Shown piece by piece: positions 1 through 12,240 of a stretch of DNA of 43,711 nucleotides. Every line of letters starts with the position of its first letter. Position 1 is the first letter of the stretch. The stretch is from Octopus bimaculoides (Eukaryota), in contig NC_068988.1 in assembly GCF_001194135.2 (NCBI RefSeq), positions 36,582,581-36,626,291 on the forward strand, in the 5' to 3' direction. The notes under the pieces were generated by a model that saw nothing but the letters and a program-made list of their open reading frames with translations, had not been told where the DNA came from and ran no database searches. The translations under genes and the position numbers were made by a program.

Positions 1-312
1 TATATATATATATATATTAATATATGTGAGTGTGTAGTATGCCTGTCTGTATGTGTGTGTGTTCGTCTTTGAATTTGTCTCTGTTTATGTATGTGTCTTT
101 GTATCTGCGTTTTTTCCCCACCTCCGCTTGACAACGGATGTTGGTGTGTCTACGTCCCTGTAACTTAGCGATTCTGAAAGAAGACCAATAAACAAAAAGT
201 ACCAGGCTTAAAATATGTACTGGTGTCGATTCTTTCTTTCAACTAAATATTTTTCAAGGCTTTGCCACAGAATGGCCGCGGTATAATGGCTGGAACGAGT
301 AAAAGGTAAAAG
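1..312 (+). mobile_element. 3' half of a tRNA-derived SINE (family S1), preceded by its internal TA/TG microsatellite
   Basis: GCTTGACAACGGATGTTGGTGTGTCTACGTCCCTGTAACTTAGCG...AATGGCCGCGGTATAATGGCTGGAACGAGTAAAAGGTAAAAG aligns by eye to the reverse complement of the full copy at 35947-36348 and the fragment at 17425-17601. The head lies outside the window. Confidence 0.75.
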
Positions 313-880
313 TTAGGTCGGACTAAAATATTTCATTCAAAATTTACCTAAGCCAGTAGTAGAAGACACTAGACGAAAGTTTTTCTGTGTCACCGACCTT
401 GCTAAGGCGATAGTGGTAATTGAAGACATTCACTACGGAACCATGTTTCTCACTTTTGTTAAAATATAAATTTTCTATATGCGTTTGAAGTAATGTCTAT
501 TGGAATGATTGTATTTAGTGTAAAGAGACAATTCAAGTTATATATATACATATCATGGAATTTAATATATTTAATACTTGGATTTCAATGAAGCTACAAT
601 CAGATTATTTTCAAAATTTACATCAATTTCTTATTGATCTCATATTCAAATATTGCAGATCAAATAGGAAATATTAAATACGTTTTTCTAAGTGCATTAT
701 TTTACACTAAAGGAAACATGCTGAAATAATTGTAGCCAATAAATAACAGAACATAAGATTATTGGAGTTTAAAGGGTTGCCAAAAAAAAAATCTCATATG
801 CCTTTATGAAAACTTCAGAATTTTGTAATTTTTAATATCTCAATCGATTTGAAATTAAAATGTATATATATATATATATA

Positions 881-881
881 A

Positions 882-920
<39 letters not shown>

Positions 921-953
921 NNNNNNNNNNGACAGACAGACAGACAGACAGAC

Positions 954-1016
<63 letters not shown>
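881..1016. repeat. (TA)n, 10-N gap, then (GACA)n(GATA)n microsatellite
   Basis: Directly visible. Confidence 0.95.
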
Positions 1017-1017
<1 letters not shown>

Positions 1018-2092
1018 GTTTGTGTTGGACGATATATGATCGGATTCGTGGCAACAATCAGAGATTTTCGTTATAAAAATTAGAAGTAATGAGATGCAAG
1101 TAGATCGAGCATAGTATTTCTAAATATAGACGAAGAAACTAAATACTGCATCCCGTATAAAGGCACCGCTCAGCTAAATCACATCTTACAATGTATAAAT
1201 TATTTCGGAAATACTTGAAACATACTAGCATCCAAAGTTGTCTATTTGTCTGATAGTTTGCTTTATGTATTGATATATGATAATATTAATGCAAGTATTC
1301 ACTATCTAAATATCAGATGATGGCCTATGTGAGTAGACAGTCTATTATCTTAGTAAAATTGTTTGCTTCTATCCTCCGAGCCATAGACAATTATTCTATG
1401 TTATGTAGAAAACAAAGCAATTACTTTCCACATAATAACTCACACAATCATATTTCTAATTAAACATAATACGTACAAGTCATATATACCACAGCACATA
1501 AACACGCCCTCTCATACACGCACTCTCACGCATATTTATATTTGTGTGTGTGTTTCTACGTATGTATATGCGTATGCAGGGCCTGTATTCTTCATATGAC
1601 ATTTGATTTGAAATATATCGTACAAAAGCTCTTTGTTTTAGACCAGACGCAATTATTTTTCAATTGAATAACAACACACAAGACAAGTGCCTCTGCGAAA
1701 CTCCTTCTGTCAATTGATCTCTGTTTACATTGTCTAGACAGACTCGGCACTAAAGAAAACGACAGACGTTACATATGTTTAGAGTTAATGAGCAATTAAG
1801 TTCACTATTAAGAATATTTCATACTTCTGAATGAAATCTTATGTTCAGAACTGCAGACTTATATGGATTGACATCCGAAACGTGTACATCATTACTATTA
1901 TATTTGTATTTATTTTAGCTTTATCTTAATAATGTCAATCATCATCAAATTTTTCTTTGAAATTTAACTAGGATAACAAACGTGATTAATTTTGTTTTTC
2001 AGGTATTATTTTTATCTTCAATGCATTCTAGACACCCTCAAGAGTCATATCGCATATTCGTATTCAAAGAAGATATATTGAAAAACATTAAA

Positions 2093-2133
<41 letters not shown>

Positions 2134-3306
2134 NNNNNNNNNNNNNNNNNNNNNNNNNNNNNNNNNNNNNNNNNNNNNNNNNNNNNNNNNNNNNNNNTAT
2201 ATATATATCACTCTCACTCTTTCGCTCTTTCTCTCATTTTATCTATGTCCGTCTCATCAACAGCTCAATATCCTGAAGCTGACATCCATTGAATGAACTT
2301 TTTAGAAAACAAAATTAGTCTGTCATCAATTGTGCAGACGTACCAGCTGTACCAACGTATAATATGGTCATTAAGATTGCATCTTCCTGTCGTAAGAAGT
2401 ATTAGTCCTTTTATTAAGTATTGTGAATTTTACTACATATTATATTTATAAGATTTCCTTCGTATCTGACTATACCATTGGGAGTCTGATGCCTTATGAC
2501 ATTTTGGAAGAAGTATTCAAAAACTATTTATTTCTTTATATTTTCCTCGGTGTTCACACCGGAATATTTCCTTTAAAACCGCCGAATATTTGACCTAACC
2601 GATAAAGGAGGCGACATTTCAAAATTTTCTTAGTTTCTTTATGTCTCTGGAATTAAATTTTTCTGTCTTTGGAATTAATTTCTCTATATTATCTCTCGTA
2701 GAAGATTATGCTGCCATTGTATGGATGAGTCATTTTATAAAACGTATAACTGATAAGTGAATGGTTTCTATGACCATATCACATCTTTAGTAAGCAGTTC
2801 AAATTATTTTGTTATGCCTTAATAAAACCGATACAGGTAAGAATTATACCATTTAAAAAAATGAACTCATATCACAAGAGTGAAAGGCAAAAAAAACAAA
2901 ATTATCATATAATTCTACTGAAATATAGTTTCCTGCAAAACATTGAGGCCAAAAACATTTATAGTTTATTATTTCGGAAAGATCATTGATGACATCCAGA
3001 TAATTTCTTGCATCATAAGTTCCACACAAATGTGTTTAATATCTCTTTTGAATTGAGATCAATAAAAGAAACTACAAAAAAAAAAAACGTTGTCAAACGT
3101 GCAGGATCGAAGACAGATTCAGTTATCGTTATAAATCCTAATTCACATTATAATGTAAGCGTTGTACTGTGTCAGTGATCATTTTAATACGCACCTAATA
3201 AAGTGTCGAATAAAAAGTAATATCATTTTGGTATCATGTAAAAATAGGGTCAAAAATACAGGACATGTGACATATGCACATCGCACAGAAACATACGCAT
3301 ACATAT

Positions 3307-3689
3307 GTTGTTGTTGGCACTCCGTCGCTTACGACGTCGAGGGCTCCAGTTGATCAGATCAACGGAACAGCCTGCTCGTGAAAAAAACGTGCAAGTGGCT
3401 GTGCACTCCACAGACACGTGTACCGTTAACGTAGTTGTCGAGGATATTCAGCGTGACACAGTGTGACAAGGCTGGCCCTTTGAATTACAGGTACAACAGA
3501 AACAGGAAGAAAGAGTGAGAGAAAGTTGTGGTGAAAGAGTACAGCAGGGTTCGCCACCATCCCCTGCTGGAGCCTCCTGGAGCTTTAGGTGTTTTCGCTC
3601 AATAAACACTCACAACACCGAGTCTGGAAATCGAAACCATGATATTATGTCCGCGAGTCCGCTGCCCTAACCACTGGGCCATTGCGCCT
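3307..3689 (-). mobile_element. Full-length tRNA-derived SINE (family S2) with (AAC)n tail and target-site duplication
   Basis: Minus strand begins AGGCGCAATGGCCCAGTGGTTAGGGCAGCGGACTCGCG (A box TGGCCCAGTGG), has a B-box-like GTTTCGATTTCC, and ends GAGTGCCAACAACAAC. It is flanked by ACATACGCATACATA (3291-3305) and ACACACGCATACATA (3690-3704), a 14/15 match. Confidence 0.85.
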
Positions 3690-4740
3690 ACACACGCATA
3701 CATAACGACGCAGGCATACATTCACAGATTGTCAGAAACACACAAAAATTTCACGCAGCACAACTCATAAAATAGCTTATAATATCTGTATTATCTATAT
3801 ATAACAAAGTGTATTCGGTAACATACAATGCTAAATTCATAAACTAGATGAGTTCTAGAATTCTTAGCTCTGTGGGGGTAGAGACAAATATCTCAATTGA
3901 TTAAAATGTAATTTTCAATATATGTTACTCAATAGGAATCAAGAATGAGAGGAAGAAACATTTAGGTGTTTGTGTCGTGTGGCATATAGTTATATAACTT
4001 CGTGTTCTTTGTTTAATTCTGTGACAAACATTATTTCCACAGAGGTACAGAAAAACGAAAAGAAATGGTAAAAATGATCTTGCCTCTTAGATAATATAAA
4101 AAACGGGAGAAAAACAAAGCAGGAAAACAAACTATTTCGAATAAGTATATGAGAAAAAAAAGAAAGAAAGATAAAAGACAAAGAGAATTTTTTTTAAAAT
4201 TCATATGTAGGTACGTGATCATTTTCAAATTTATTTTTAACCACAATTCTGTAAAATGAAGAGAAATTCTTGCGGGAATAACTAGAGAAAATAATAACTG
4301 AAGATAGAGAAACAAATAATTGTAACATGTAAAGAAAAATCGCATTTAGATACATGAGAAGACAATGTACCCAATAGATATAAAGATATAAACTAACCCC
4401 AGATAAGAGGAACGAGTAAGAACATAATTGGTTGGCTACAAAACGTATCAACTGAACAAATAGTGAAAACAATTCAGCCTATATTTCTTTCAACAAATTT
4501 TTGTGCACGTAGAATTGAAACACATGTGGGTGTGTATGCGTTCGTATATNNNNNNNNNNNNNNNNNNNNNNNNNNNNNNNNNNNNNNNNNNNNNNNNNNN
4601 NNNNNNNNNNNNNNNNNNNNNNNNNNNNNNNNNNNNNNNNNNNNNNNNNNNNNNNNNNNNNNNNNNNNNNNNNNNNNNNNNNNNNNNNNNNNNNNNNNNN
4701 NNNNNNNNNNNNNNNNNNTATATATATATATATATGTACA

Positions 4741-5035
4741 TATGGTGGTTATCTACTCCTTATGTGGAGTTTCACCACCTCCTGCACCTACATATGAGAA
4801 CCATCATGGCATCTGATGTGGCTTTTTAAACCAGACAATATACGGAAAAGACACCCACAGATCGTATATCCCATTTGGACCAACAAGAGCTGCAGATAAG
4901 TTCTAAACTTTGTGTATCTTAAAATGTCTTTTGAAGCCTCCGTTAGAGTTGCAAACCTTCTGGTATACATTGCTTTCAATGGTCTGCATAGATATATAGG
5001 TAGATTAGTTGGTGGAGGTTCGTTTTCCATGGGTT
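4741..5035 (-). mobile_element. 3' end of an RTE-like LINE with two decayed C2H2-type zinc fingers
   Basis: Minus frames give NVYQKVCNSNGGFKRHFKIH and, after a frameshift, TICGCLFRILSGLKSHIRCH (ORF 4788..5030). A short tail ending ...GAGTAGATAACCACCAT then runs into (TA)n. Clade assignment is from recalled RTE ORF2 C-termini. Confidence 0.55.
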
Positions 5036-5683
5036 CGTAAATAGGAAGTAGGAGAGAGGAGTTTTGGAAAATTCACACGATCTGACATTTTTTCCCCTCA
5101 TAACTTTCAGGTCGATGGGTATCTTTTAATGAAAATTTATACAAATCCCTTTCAAACACCATAGATTACGATTATAAAGAATTTTGAGGGGACAATGTTT
5201 TCAGGGATATTCCTCTTTTTTAAAAACCCACATCCCTTGAAATGATGGGTTGGCGGGGAGGAGGTAACTTTGTATGAAAAATGTTTTGTAAACTCTTTTT
5301 TCACCCCCACCCCCCAATTTTCACACACCTCTTACTCTGGACCTATTTTGGCCAATAATGTTTTGCACTTCACAACCATGGGAAGAGCATTTTCAATATT
5401 CTTTTTTAATTAATATTTTCAGAGGGAAATGTGAGCGATTTAAGGGCGATTTGGCTGTAGTTTGTAGCATATCCAAAGACAGCCCTCCGTATTTCTTTAT
5501 TACTCTCGCATGTATTAATGCTTTCCAATATTCCCCCCATAAATATGCTGAAAATTTAAGAAGTTATGAATTTTTTGCAACGCTACTCTCTGCCCCCGAT
5601 TGTTTCTATTTAGAAATTAAGATATTGGAGAAGTCGAGAATGTCATTTGAGCTGGCATTTATCCACAGTGATTAAAAATATTA

Positions 5684-5800
5684 TTAAGGAGATGTACTTG
5701 CATAGCAGGTGACTGATCTGAGATCGTGTGCTCAAACAAAAATAATTGCTGCTTAGATGTTTGTAAGCCATTCAAGATCACACAGAAAAATTTAGTTTCC
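5684..5800. mobile_element. One terminus of a probable TTAA-flanked MITE (Kolobok/piggyBac-type target site)
   Basis: TTAA|GGAGATGTACTTGCATAGCAGGTGACTGATCTGAGATCGTGTGC resembles the arm of a palindromic octopus repeat as I recall it. No matching second arm found in the window. Confidence 0.35.
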
Positions 5801-5861
5801 TGTCACTACTTAAATACAGCGGTCCCGTGCGTCTGCGTAACTATATGAAGGGGAGGGTCAG

Positions 5862-5925
5862 TGTTAGAGTTAGTTTTTAGGGTTAAGGTTAAGGCTAGTT
5901 TTAGGGTTTGTTACGGTTAGGTGTA
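5862..5925 (+). repeat. Degenerate TTAGGG-like tract
   Basis: GTTAGAGTTAGTTTTTAGGGTTAAGGTTAAGGCTAGTTTTAGGGTTTGTTACGGTTAGG contains two exact TTAGGG units plus variants. Confidence 0.5.
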
Positions 5926-8900
5926 AGGTATCATCACACGTCCACACAGCGCACATTTATACACATTACTGATTATTCAACAGTATCCTAATCGTCTAAC
6001 CTGCTGCTTATCTGTTACTCGGATTTCGCTGTTCCGTCTCACATCTACACTGAATGTCCTAACAAAATAGGCTTCCCTTTTCAACACCCGATCCGTGTCC
6101 GTCCTAAGCTCTCACATTAACTACGAAACACAAGGTGTCCGCTTCAACATTGTGTTCTTTGGAATTATCCATGAAAATGCTTATCATGGACATATCGATT
6201 AACACGCTGTAACAAAAACGTTTTACACGTCAATCGCATCAACCTCGCGTGAAAATACTACGCCTATAGCTTCTTTCTCGAGTCCTATCAACCGTATAAT
6301 TTTCTATTTTCTTGCCTATTTATACCTCATAAATTTCAAATTAGCGGTTTCGTTGCTCACAATATACAGTGGAAATTAATTAGTTTTGATTGATTAATTT
6401 CTATATAAATACGGCATTTAATACAATTTTAATATCAATATGATTTTATATTATATCTTCACACTATTCTTCATTTATATGTGCACGATAAAAGAATGCA
6501 TATATGATAATACAAATCTATGTTGCAATAAATGGCTAAACATATGAATACAATGGTAATCCATATATTCAAGACTTTTAAAAATCTTTATAAAATAAAG
6601 TTATAATGCTACAAGTTTACCATTTTCCAAAGAAGTGTTGGCCTTTCAAGACATTTAGCTGGTCACTTTTAAAGATAGATCGTTAGATGATCATACGAAA
6701 ATCTCTTCCTTCTATTTTGAATTAAGGACATCTATTGATAATCTTGAACATTAGCATATGCCATATGTTATAGAAATAAATCTTAGAAATAAATCTCATT
6801 TGAAAAAAGTCAACTGGGCTATTATATTAGAAAACATTTCTATGCAAACCTTAAGTCAATGGAAATATTTTCGATTTTCGTTATACATTTACACAAAATA
6901 ATTAATGTAAATTATACGAGAATCGTAATGTACAAGAAAACAACACAACTTGCAGTTATTTACTTCATTTATAGGATAATTGAACACATTATATTGCTAT
7001 TTATTGTATTTTGATTACGGCCTATTAAATCCAAAATATTCAATTAATATAATTTTCTCTCACAGTTATTTTGAATTGATTTTGTGCTTTTGTTTAAATT
7101 TTAATTTTCGTTTAAAATTGTGATACACGAAAACCAAGAAATAATGAGCATAATTACTAATACAACGTGTCAGGAGATATATTTTACTTACTTCTGACAA
7201 AACTGCAAGAGCGAGAGAGAGAGAGACACACACACACACAGACAGACAGAGAGCTTATCCATCTAAAACAAACTTCCATCAATTTTACAACACTATAAAT
7301 AAGGAACGTTACGGACAGCAGAGAGGAGCTTCTTATTTTGAATTTAGTATACCTATCGTATGCAAACTTCGAGATCAAAACTCTTTGATGTTTAACTGTT
7401 ATGAAAACCAACAGAAATCACCAATCAAACAATAAACGTTAACATTTTAGAATTACGCTTAGTCTAAATGTAAACATAACTTTCAAAATATTGGGGATGT
7501 CTCTTGCTTTACTTCTTGATATATGTGGCACATTTCAGTATCCGTGTGCATATTTTTAATCATATGATACTGAGTTTTATTACTTCGCTTGTTGGAGAAA
7601 TTTTATATACATATACACTCATGCATAAACGTTTTAATAGCTGGTCACACTTAAAAGATTTAATCAGGAGCCTAAATTGTTATTTCAACGCTCTTATCTT
7701 TTAGTTGGGTGAAATTCTTGCATTTCTAAGCAGTGTGACTGTACTTCATATTTCAATAGAAAAAGTTTAAAAAAAAACTTGGTTTCTATCGATTTTATAA
7801 ACGTGTGTTTAGTCCTATCAAATGAACAACCCTTTGGCATTGCATTAGCGTTTAAATGGTTGTGCATACCATAAGAAAACCTACCTTCGTTTAATTCAAA
7901 AGGAAAACTACAAGAAAGTTTACCAGGATACAGAACATTATCAATTGTTACGAAGCTAATATATGCCACTTTTAAGTACTTTTTCATTCTTGTCGACATT
8001 GTTTAGGCGCCAGAACGTACGAAAGCTCCATCAGATACTTACAAATATTACGATATATTAATAAAGTCCTCGTCATCAGCTAATATACTTTTGAAATCTA
8101 ATATCAAAGCATATATTTGTAGCCTATCTCCAAATATAATTAGAACATCGAAATTATATAAATGTTGCTTCAGCCATAACTTTAAACGCATCCCCTGGCT
8201 ATGCAGATTATCCAAAATAAGCCTATAAAATAGAAGTTCCTGCTACAGCTCTACGTTCTCTATAATTGTACGTGAAAATAAAAATCATGAAAATTTCAGG
8301 AATTAATCAATGAATATCTTCCAACTAATAACCTTGTTCATTCTTTTCCATCGAAATCTGTTTCGAGGTGCGACATTTATCACTCTACACATGAAATACA
8401 TTTCAATAGAAAACTACTAAAATAATACCAACAATTATGCTGCAAATATAACTGGTCATTTTAGTACGAGCAATATTTAAACAGTAATACAGAATGCAGA
8501 AGTCCAATTCAGAGATAGCAAGGGAAAAACAGAAATCAAAACGACCCTTATCTGGATGACAGAAGGTCAATTCCAAATATTTACGTGTACTGTAGTTTCT
8601 TTATAAATAAAGAAAAAAAAATAACATTTTCAGTTATAATAAATGTTTGGCTTGCTAATCAATAGTAGAAGTAGAATTAGTGAGAAAAACTGATCATCTA
8701 ACTAAGGATAAAAAAATAACGCCTTTTATACATGATTATAATCTACAAGTTCTAAATCTTGTTTGAGCTTTAACCAGGATTATTTGAGAATTTGCAGACG
8801 TTTCTCAAACTAGATGAAAATATTCACGCACCATTATAATACTTCTAATCAGGAGTCCGATTTATTCTATAATTTAGAATTGATAACTATTATTACGTAA

Positions 8901-9268
8901 AACATTTTAATTTGTTTTATACCCTTTATTCCATATAACCAAGTACACTGATTTCGAAATTATTCCTATACAGCCCTATTCTTATATTTGTTATCATATA
9001 TAGTATTATATCAGGAATCTTGTAAAACAAATACATAAACGTTGGAGTATATAACTTCTTTTTTGATTACAAACAATAATAGAAATTGGCTTTTTTGTAA
9101 TACAGTTTATTATTTATAGATTACCCATATATAGCGCATGGAAAGGATGTAACATTACGATAAACATTAATTATTTGCGCTGTGCAGATCGTATTCCATG
9201 AAAGTAGTTTCTACTAATTTCTTCAACGATGACAAGCGCAAAGTTCAGTGCAGAACAATTAAGTAATA

Positions 9269-9489
9269 TACGAAGACGTGCTGAAAAGTTACTGATTTTA
9301 GATAAGAGAAAATACAGGAGGATCAGTTAATTATGATTTTATTCAACCTATTCCCATCTCAGACTAACATATATATTGCAGCAGTCTTTCAGTTTTTCTA
9401 AGCCTTCTAAAAGAACTCAGAAGGTTGGGCCTCGAAGCAGGCCGTTCGGAACACTCTTAAATTCGGGAACGTTTCAGCACGCCGTCGTA
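9269..9489. mobile_element. Tc1/mariner-derived MITE (about 220 bp) with TIRs and TA target duplication
   Basis: Left TA-CGAAGACGTGCTGAAAAGTT; right end reverse-complements to TA-CGACGGCGTGCTGAAACGTT. No ORF inside. Confidence 0.85.
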
Positions 9490-10064
9490 TACCGTTGAAG
9501 CAGTGTTGTAATATATAAAGTATGTAATTTCTGATACTGCTCGGTGCTCACATGTTATCCCTGCAACAATATTGTTTATCATAAGCTGCACTCAATTCGT
9601 CGGCAGTTGTCGTTTTAAGTTAGTTGGACGCATAAGATATTCTAATGTACCCTTTCAGCCAAAATATTTGTTTTAGCAAAATTTCATCAAGATCGGTGAT
9701 GAAATTGATATAGTTTTGTAAGGGTGCCCTGTCTCACTAGCAACAGAACCCTTCATCTTGAAAACTCTTCATGAGAGATTGTCATGTTTAAGTAAATGAG
9801 CCTAGTCACAGTACTCTCAAACAAGAATGGTTCAATTAATCGTTTTAATAATAAACTGCATGATACTGCAGCCCCTGGCGCGGAAACAGTTACACGATTT
9901 CTTTTTATGTGCTGATTCTCATAACCTTGGAAGGGACAATCGTAACGGAAAAAGAAGCATTTAATTTAAACGTTCCCTTATTACTGCGATCTTTATCGAA
10001 ATATGTACGAATCGTAAAAGTACATACTTCGATCCGAATCATCTTTCTCGATCGAGCATGGACT

Positions 10065-10260
10065 GTCACTTGTCCAATGACAGCTGTAGAATGCTTTGAA
10101 GCCGGTCGCAGGAGATATCAGAAAGAGAATAGAAGTCCTCACCAACCTCTGCAACTGTTGTCCGGAGAAGCTTCAGTTCCCTCATTACTCTACTACAGGA
10201 ACTCACTCTCTAATATCGGTCTCGACAGCCACGCCCGCTCCAATGACAGATAATTTGCAA
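10065..10260. promoter_or_regulatory. Candidate promoter/enhancer-like segment (two CCAAT boxes, one Sp/KLF box, locally CpG-rich)
   Basis: CCAATGACAG at 10074-10083 and 10240-10249, CCACGCCC at 10229-10236, and about 21 CpG by hand count in 9961-10320. Motif evidence only. Confidence 0.3.
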
Positions 10261-10899
10261 TAAATACGAGGAATATAGATGTCCTGACACGACGTTGACA
10301 TTGCATTTGTCAACGTCGATATATATTAACACAGTAATATATTGACACACAGACATACACACACATACACACTAATATGTGCTTGTATGTATGTCTATTA
10401 TATATTCATACATATAGGCGCTAAACATGATATACTCAAGAAGAAATATCCTGATGACTATACTAAAACCATATCAAAACTAGACCGATCAAGCCACTTT
10501 AAGTAGAGAGAATATAAATGGTTTGATAACAGATACGTGAAATGCAATAGTGCTTGGGAAATGTAAGCACTACGGTAGAGATCAGCTGTCCATGAGATGT
10601 GAATAGTTCATCAAATAATGATGAAACAGAAAAGATCTATTGAGAAATGTATACCAAACTTTCAGTTCTAATAAAGTGTGTAAAAAATCTGCTATGCATA
10701 CACTTGCTTACGGATCCATAGTTTTCAACAACACTAGAAATGCCAGTTTCACTCTACAAGAACAAATTAAACTGTTTCTTACACTACAAATACAAATTAT
10801 TTATGGAATAATTGTACTATCAAATATATTTCAGAATTACTCGATTTGATGTTTTTAATTTGAAAGTATGCATACGATCACATTCACACAAGCATACAT

Positions 10900-12020
10900 A
10901 TAAACGATAGTGAAACAAACACACAAACACACACAGACACACACACACACACACACTGGCACGTACGCACACGCGTGCACACACACACACGCGCGCGCTT
11001 CTGTACTGAATGACATGCTCAAACATACGTGCAAGTTTTTCCACATATTTCTACACACGTACATTTATACGCAGGGTAACTAATGCCCATATCTACAATT
11101 ACAAAGAGTTGTCTTGACTCAATTAAGACAACCTACTCATATCGTCAGCTGCTGTATAATTCTGCAGGGGAAAATCTGTAATATATCCGAAATGCATTCA
11201 CGTATTAATACATACATATATAGTATATTCTTACGTGACAATCCAGGAAAGCTAGGTTTTTCAGAAAAGTAATTCAACAGACAACCCGGTCAAAGAAAGT
11301 AAAATGCCTGTAGGTGGGACAGAAAAAAAATTTGCAAGACTTTCAGTATGTTATTTTTATTTTATCTACATTACAACGATGGCGCTTTGTATCATTGTTA
11401 TAAACATAGATGGAGATTACTAGTAATTATTAATAAAAGAGAACATACATACATGCATACATGCATGCATGCTGCATACATACATACATGCATGCATACA
11501 TATATAATACATACATATATACATACATGCATACATACATATTTATAGTCCTTATAATCTTAGAAAATCTTTGTCTCCGTTTCACCTCAACAAGCAATAT
11601 TTTCTTTTCTGCCTAAAATAATTATGCTGCCTCAGGACTTTGAAATTTAACAAAACCTAAAGTGTGCAAATATTCTATGTTCTCTCCCTTACACACCACA
11701 GGAAAGTGCAGGTTTTCAACAAATCGGAATAATTTTCCCAGAAGTTTTTTTTTTATTTTCCCGTTAACTTGTTTTCTTTTCTCACAATGTTCTTGCTTTT
11801 TGTATACTCACACTATGATTTTTACAATTTCTTCGCATTTTCCTGTTCTTATCGTATATATGTGTTCGCTTTACTCTTCACTTGTCTTCTCTTCTTTCAG
11901 TATCTCTCCTTCTGGAGTTATCTACTAAATTTTCTTCCCTGTATTTCGTTTGAAACACTGATGATTAACTTAGTAAATTTAATGTTACGGTACCCGACCA
12001 CTTTGACCGTTTATTTTCTT

Positions 12021-12075
<55 letters not shown>

Positions 12076-12240
12076 CTCTCTCTCTTTTTCGCACACATAC
12101 ACATATGCAAACACATACACACACACATATATATATATATGTACATACATACATATATGCATACATACATACATGCATGCATACATGCATAAATACATAC
12201 ATACATACATACATACATACATACATACATACATACATAA
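10900..12240. repeat. Cluster of CA, TACA and CT microsatellites (about 10900-11000, 11440-11545, 12015-12240)
   Basis: Directly visible; explains the YIHT/MYVC/ERER pseudo-ORFs. Confidence 0.9.

Noticed and set aside
2702-2836. Exon-like segment (TAG acceptor, CAG|GTAAGA donor); similarly 29726-29852
   Set aside because: All three frames contain stops, and such signals are expected by chance in 40 kb of AT-rich DNA.
3610-3689. tRNA genes at SINE heads (also 13393-13490 and 36280-36348)
   Set aside because: A/B boxes are present, but there is no complete cloverleaf and each continues into a SINE body and tail.
4788-5030. Host C2H2 zinc-finger gene
   Set aside because: Only two degenerate fingers, frameshifted, with no TGEKP linker and a LINE-like tail; better explained as a retroelement end.
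5040-5680. Possible non-autonomous DNA transposon (CATAACTT...AAGTTATG, G/C-run sub-repeats)
   Set aside because: The texture is suggestive, but I could not define TIRs or a TSD.
5862-5925. True telomere or chromosome-fusion site
   Set aside because: Only two exact TTAGGG units, with no long array and no head-to-head arrangement.
9495-9800. Possible Tc1/mariner-superfamily transposase relic on the minus strand (FKMKGSVASETGHP; NNIVAGITCEHRAV)
   Set aside because: The resemblance to KF..TGSV...R.GRP and the C-terminal helix is too weak, and no catalytic motifs or TIRs were found.
9909-10253. 114-aa ORF in complex sequence
   Set aside because: GTG start, no recognisable domain and no convincing splice context; the region is noted instead for its regulatory-like motifs.
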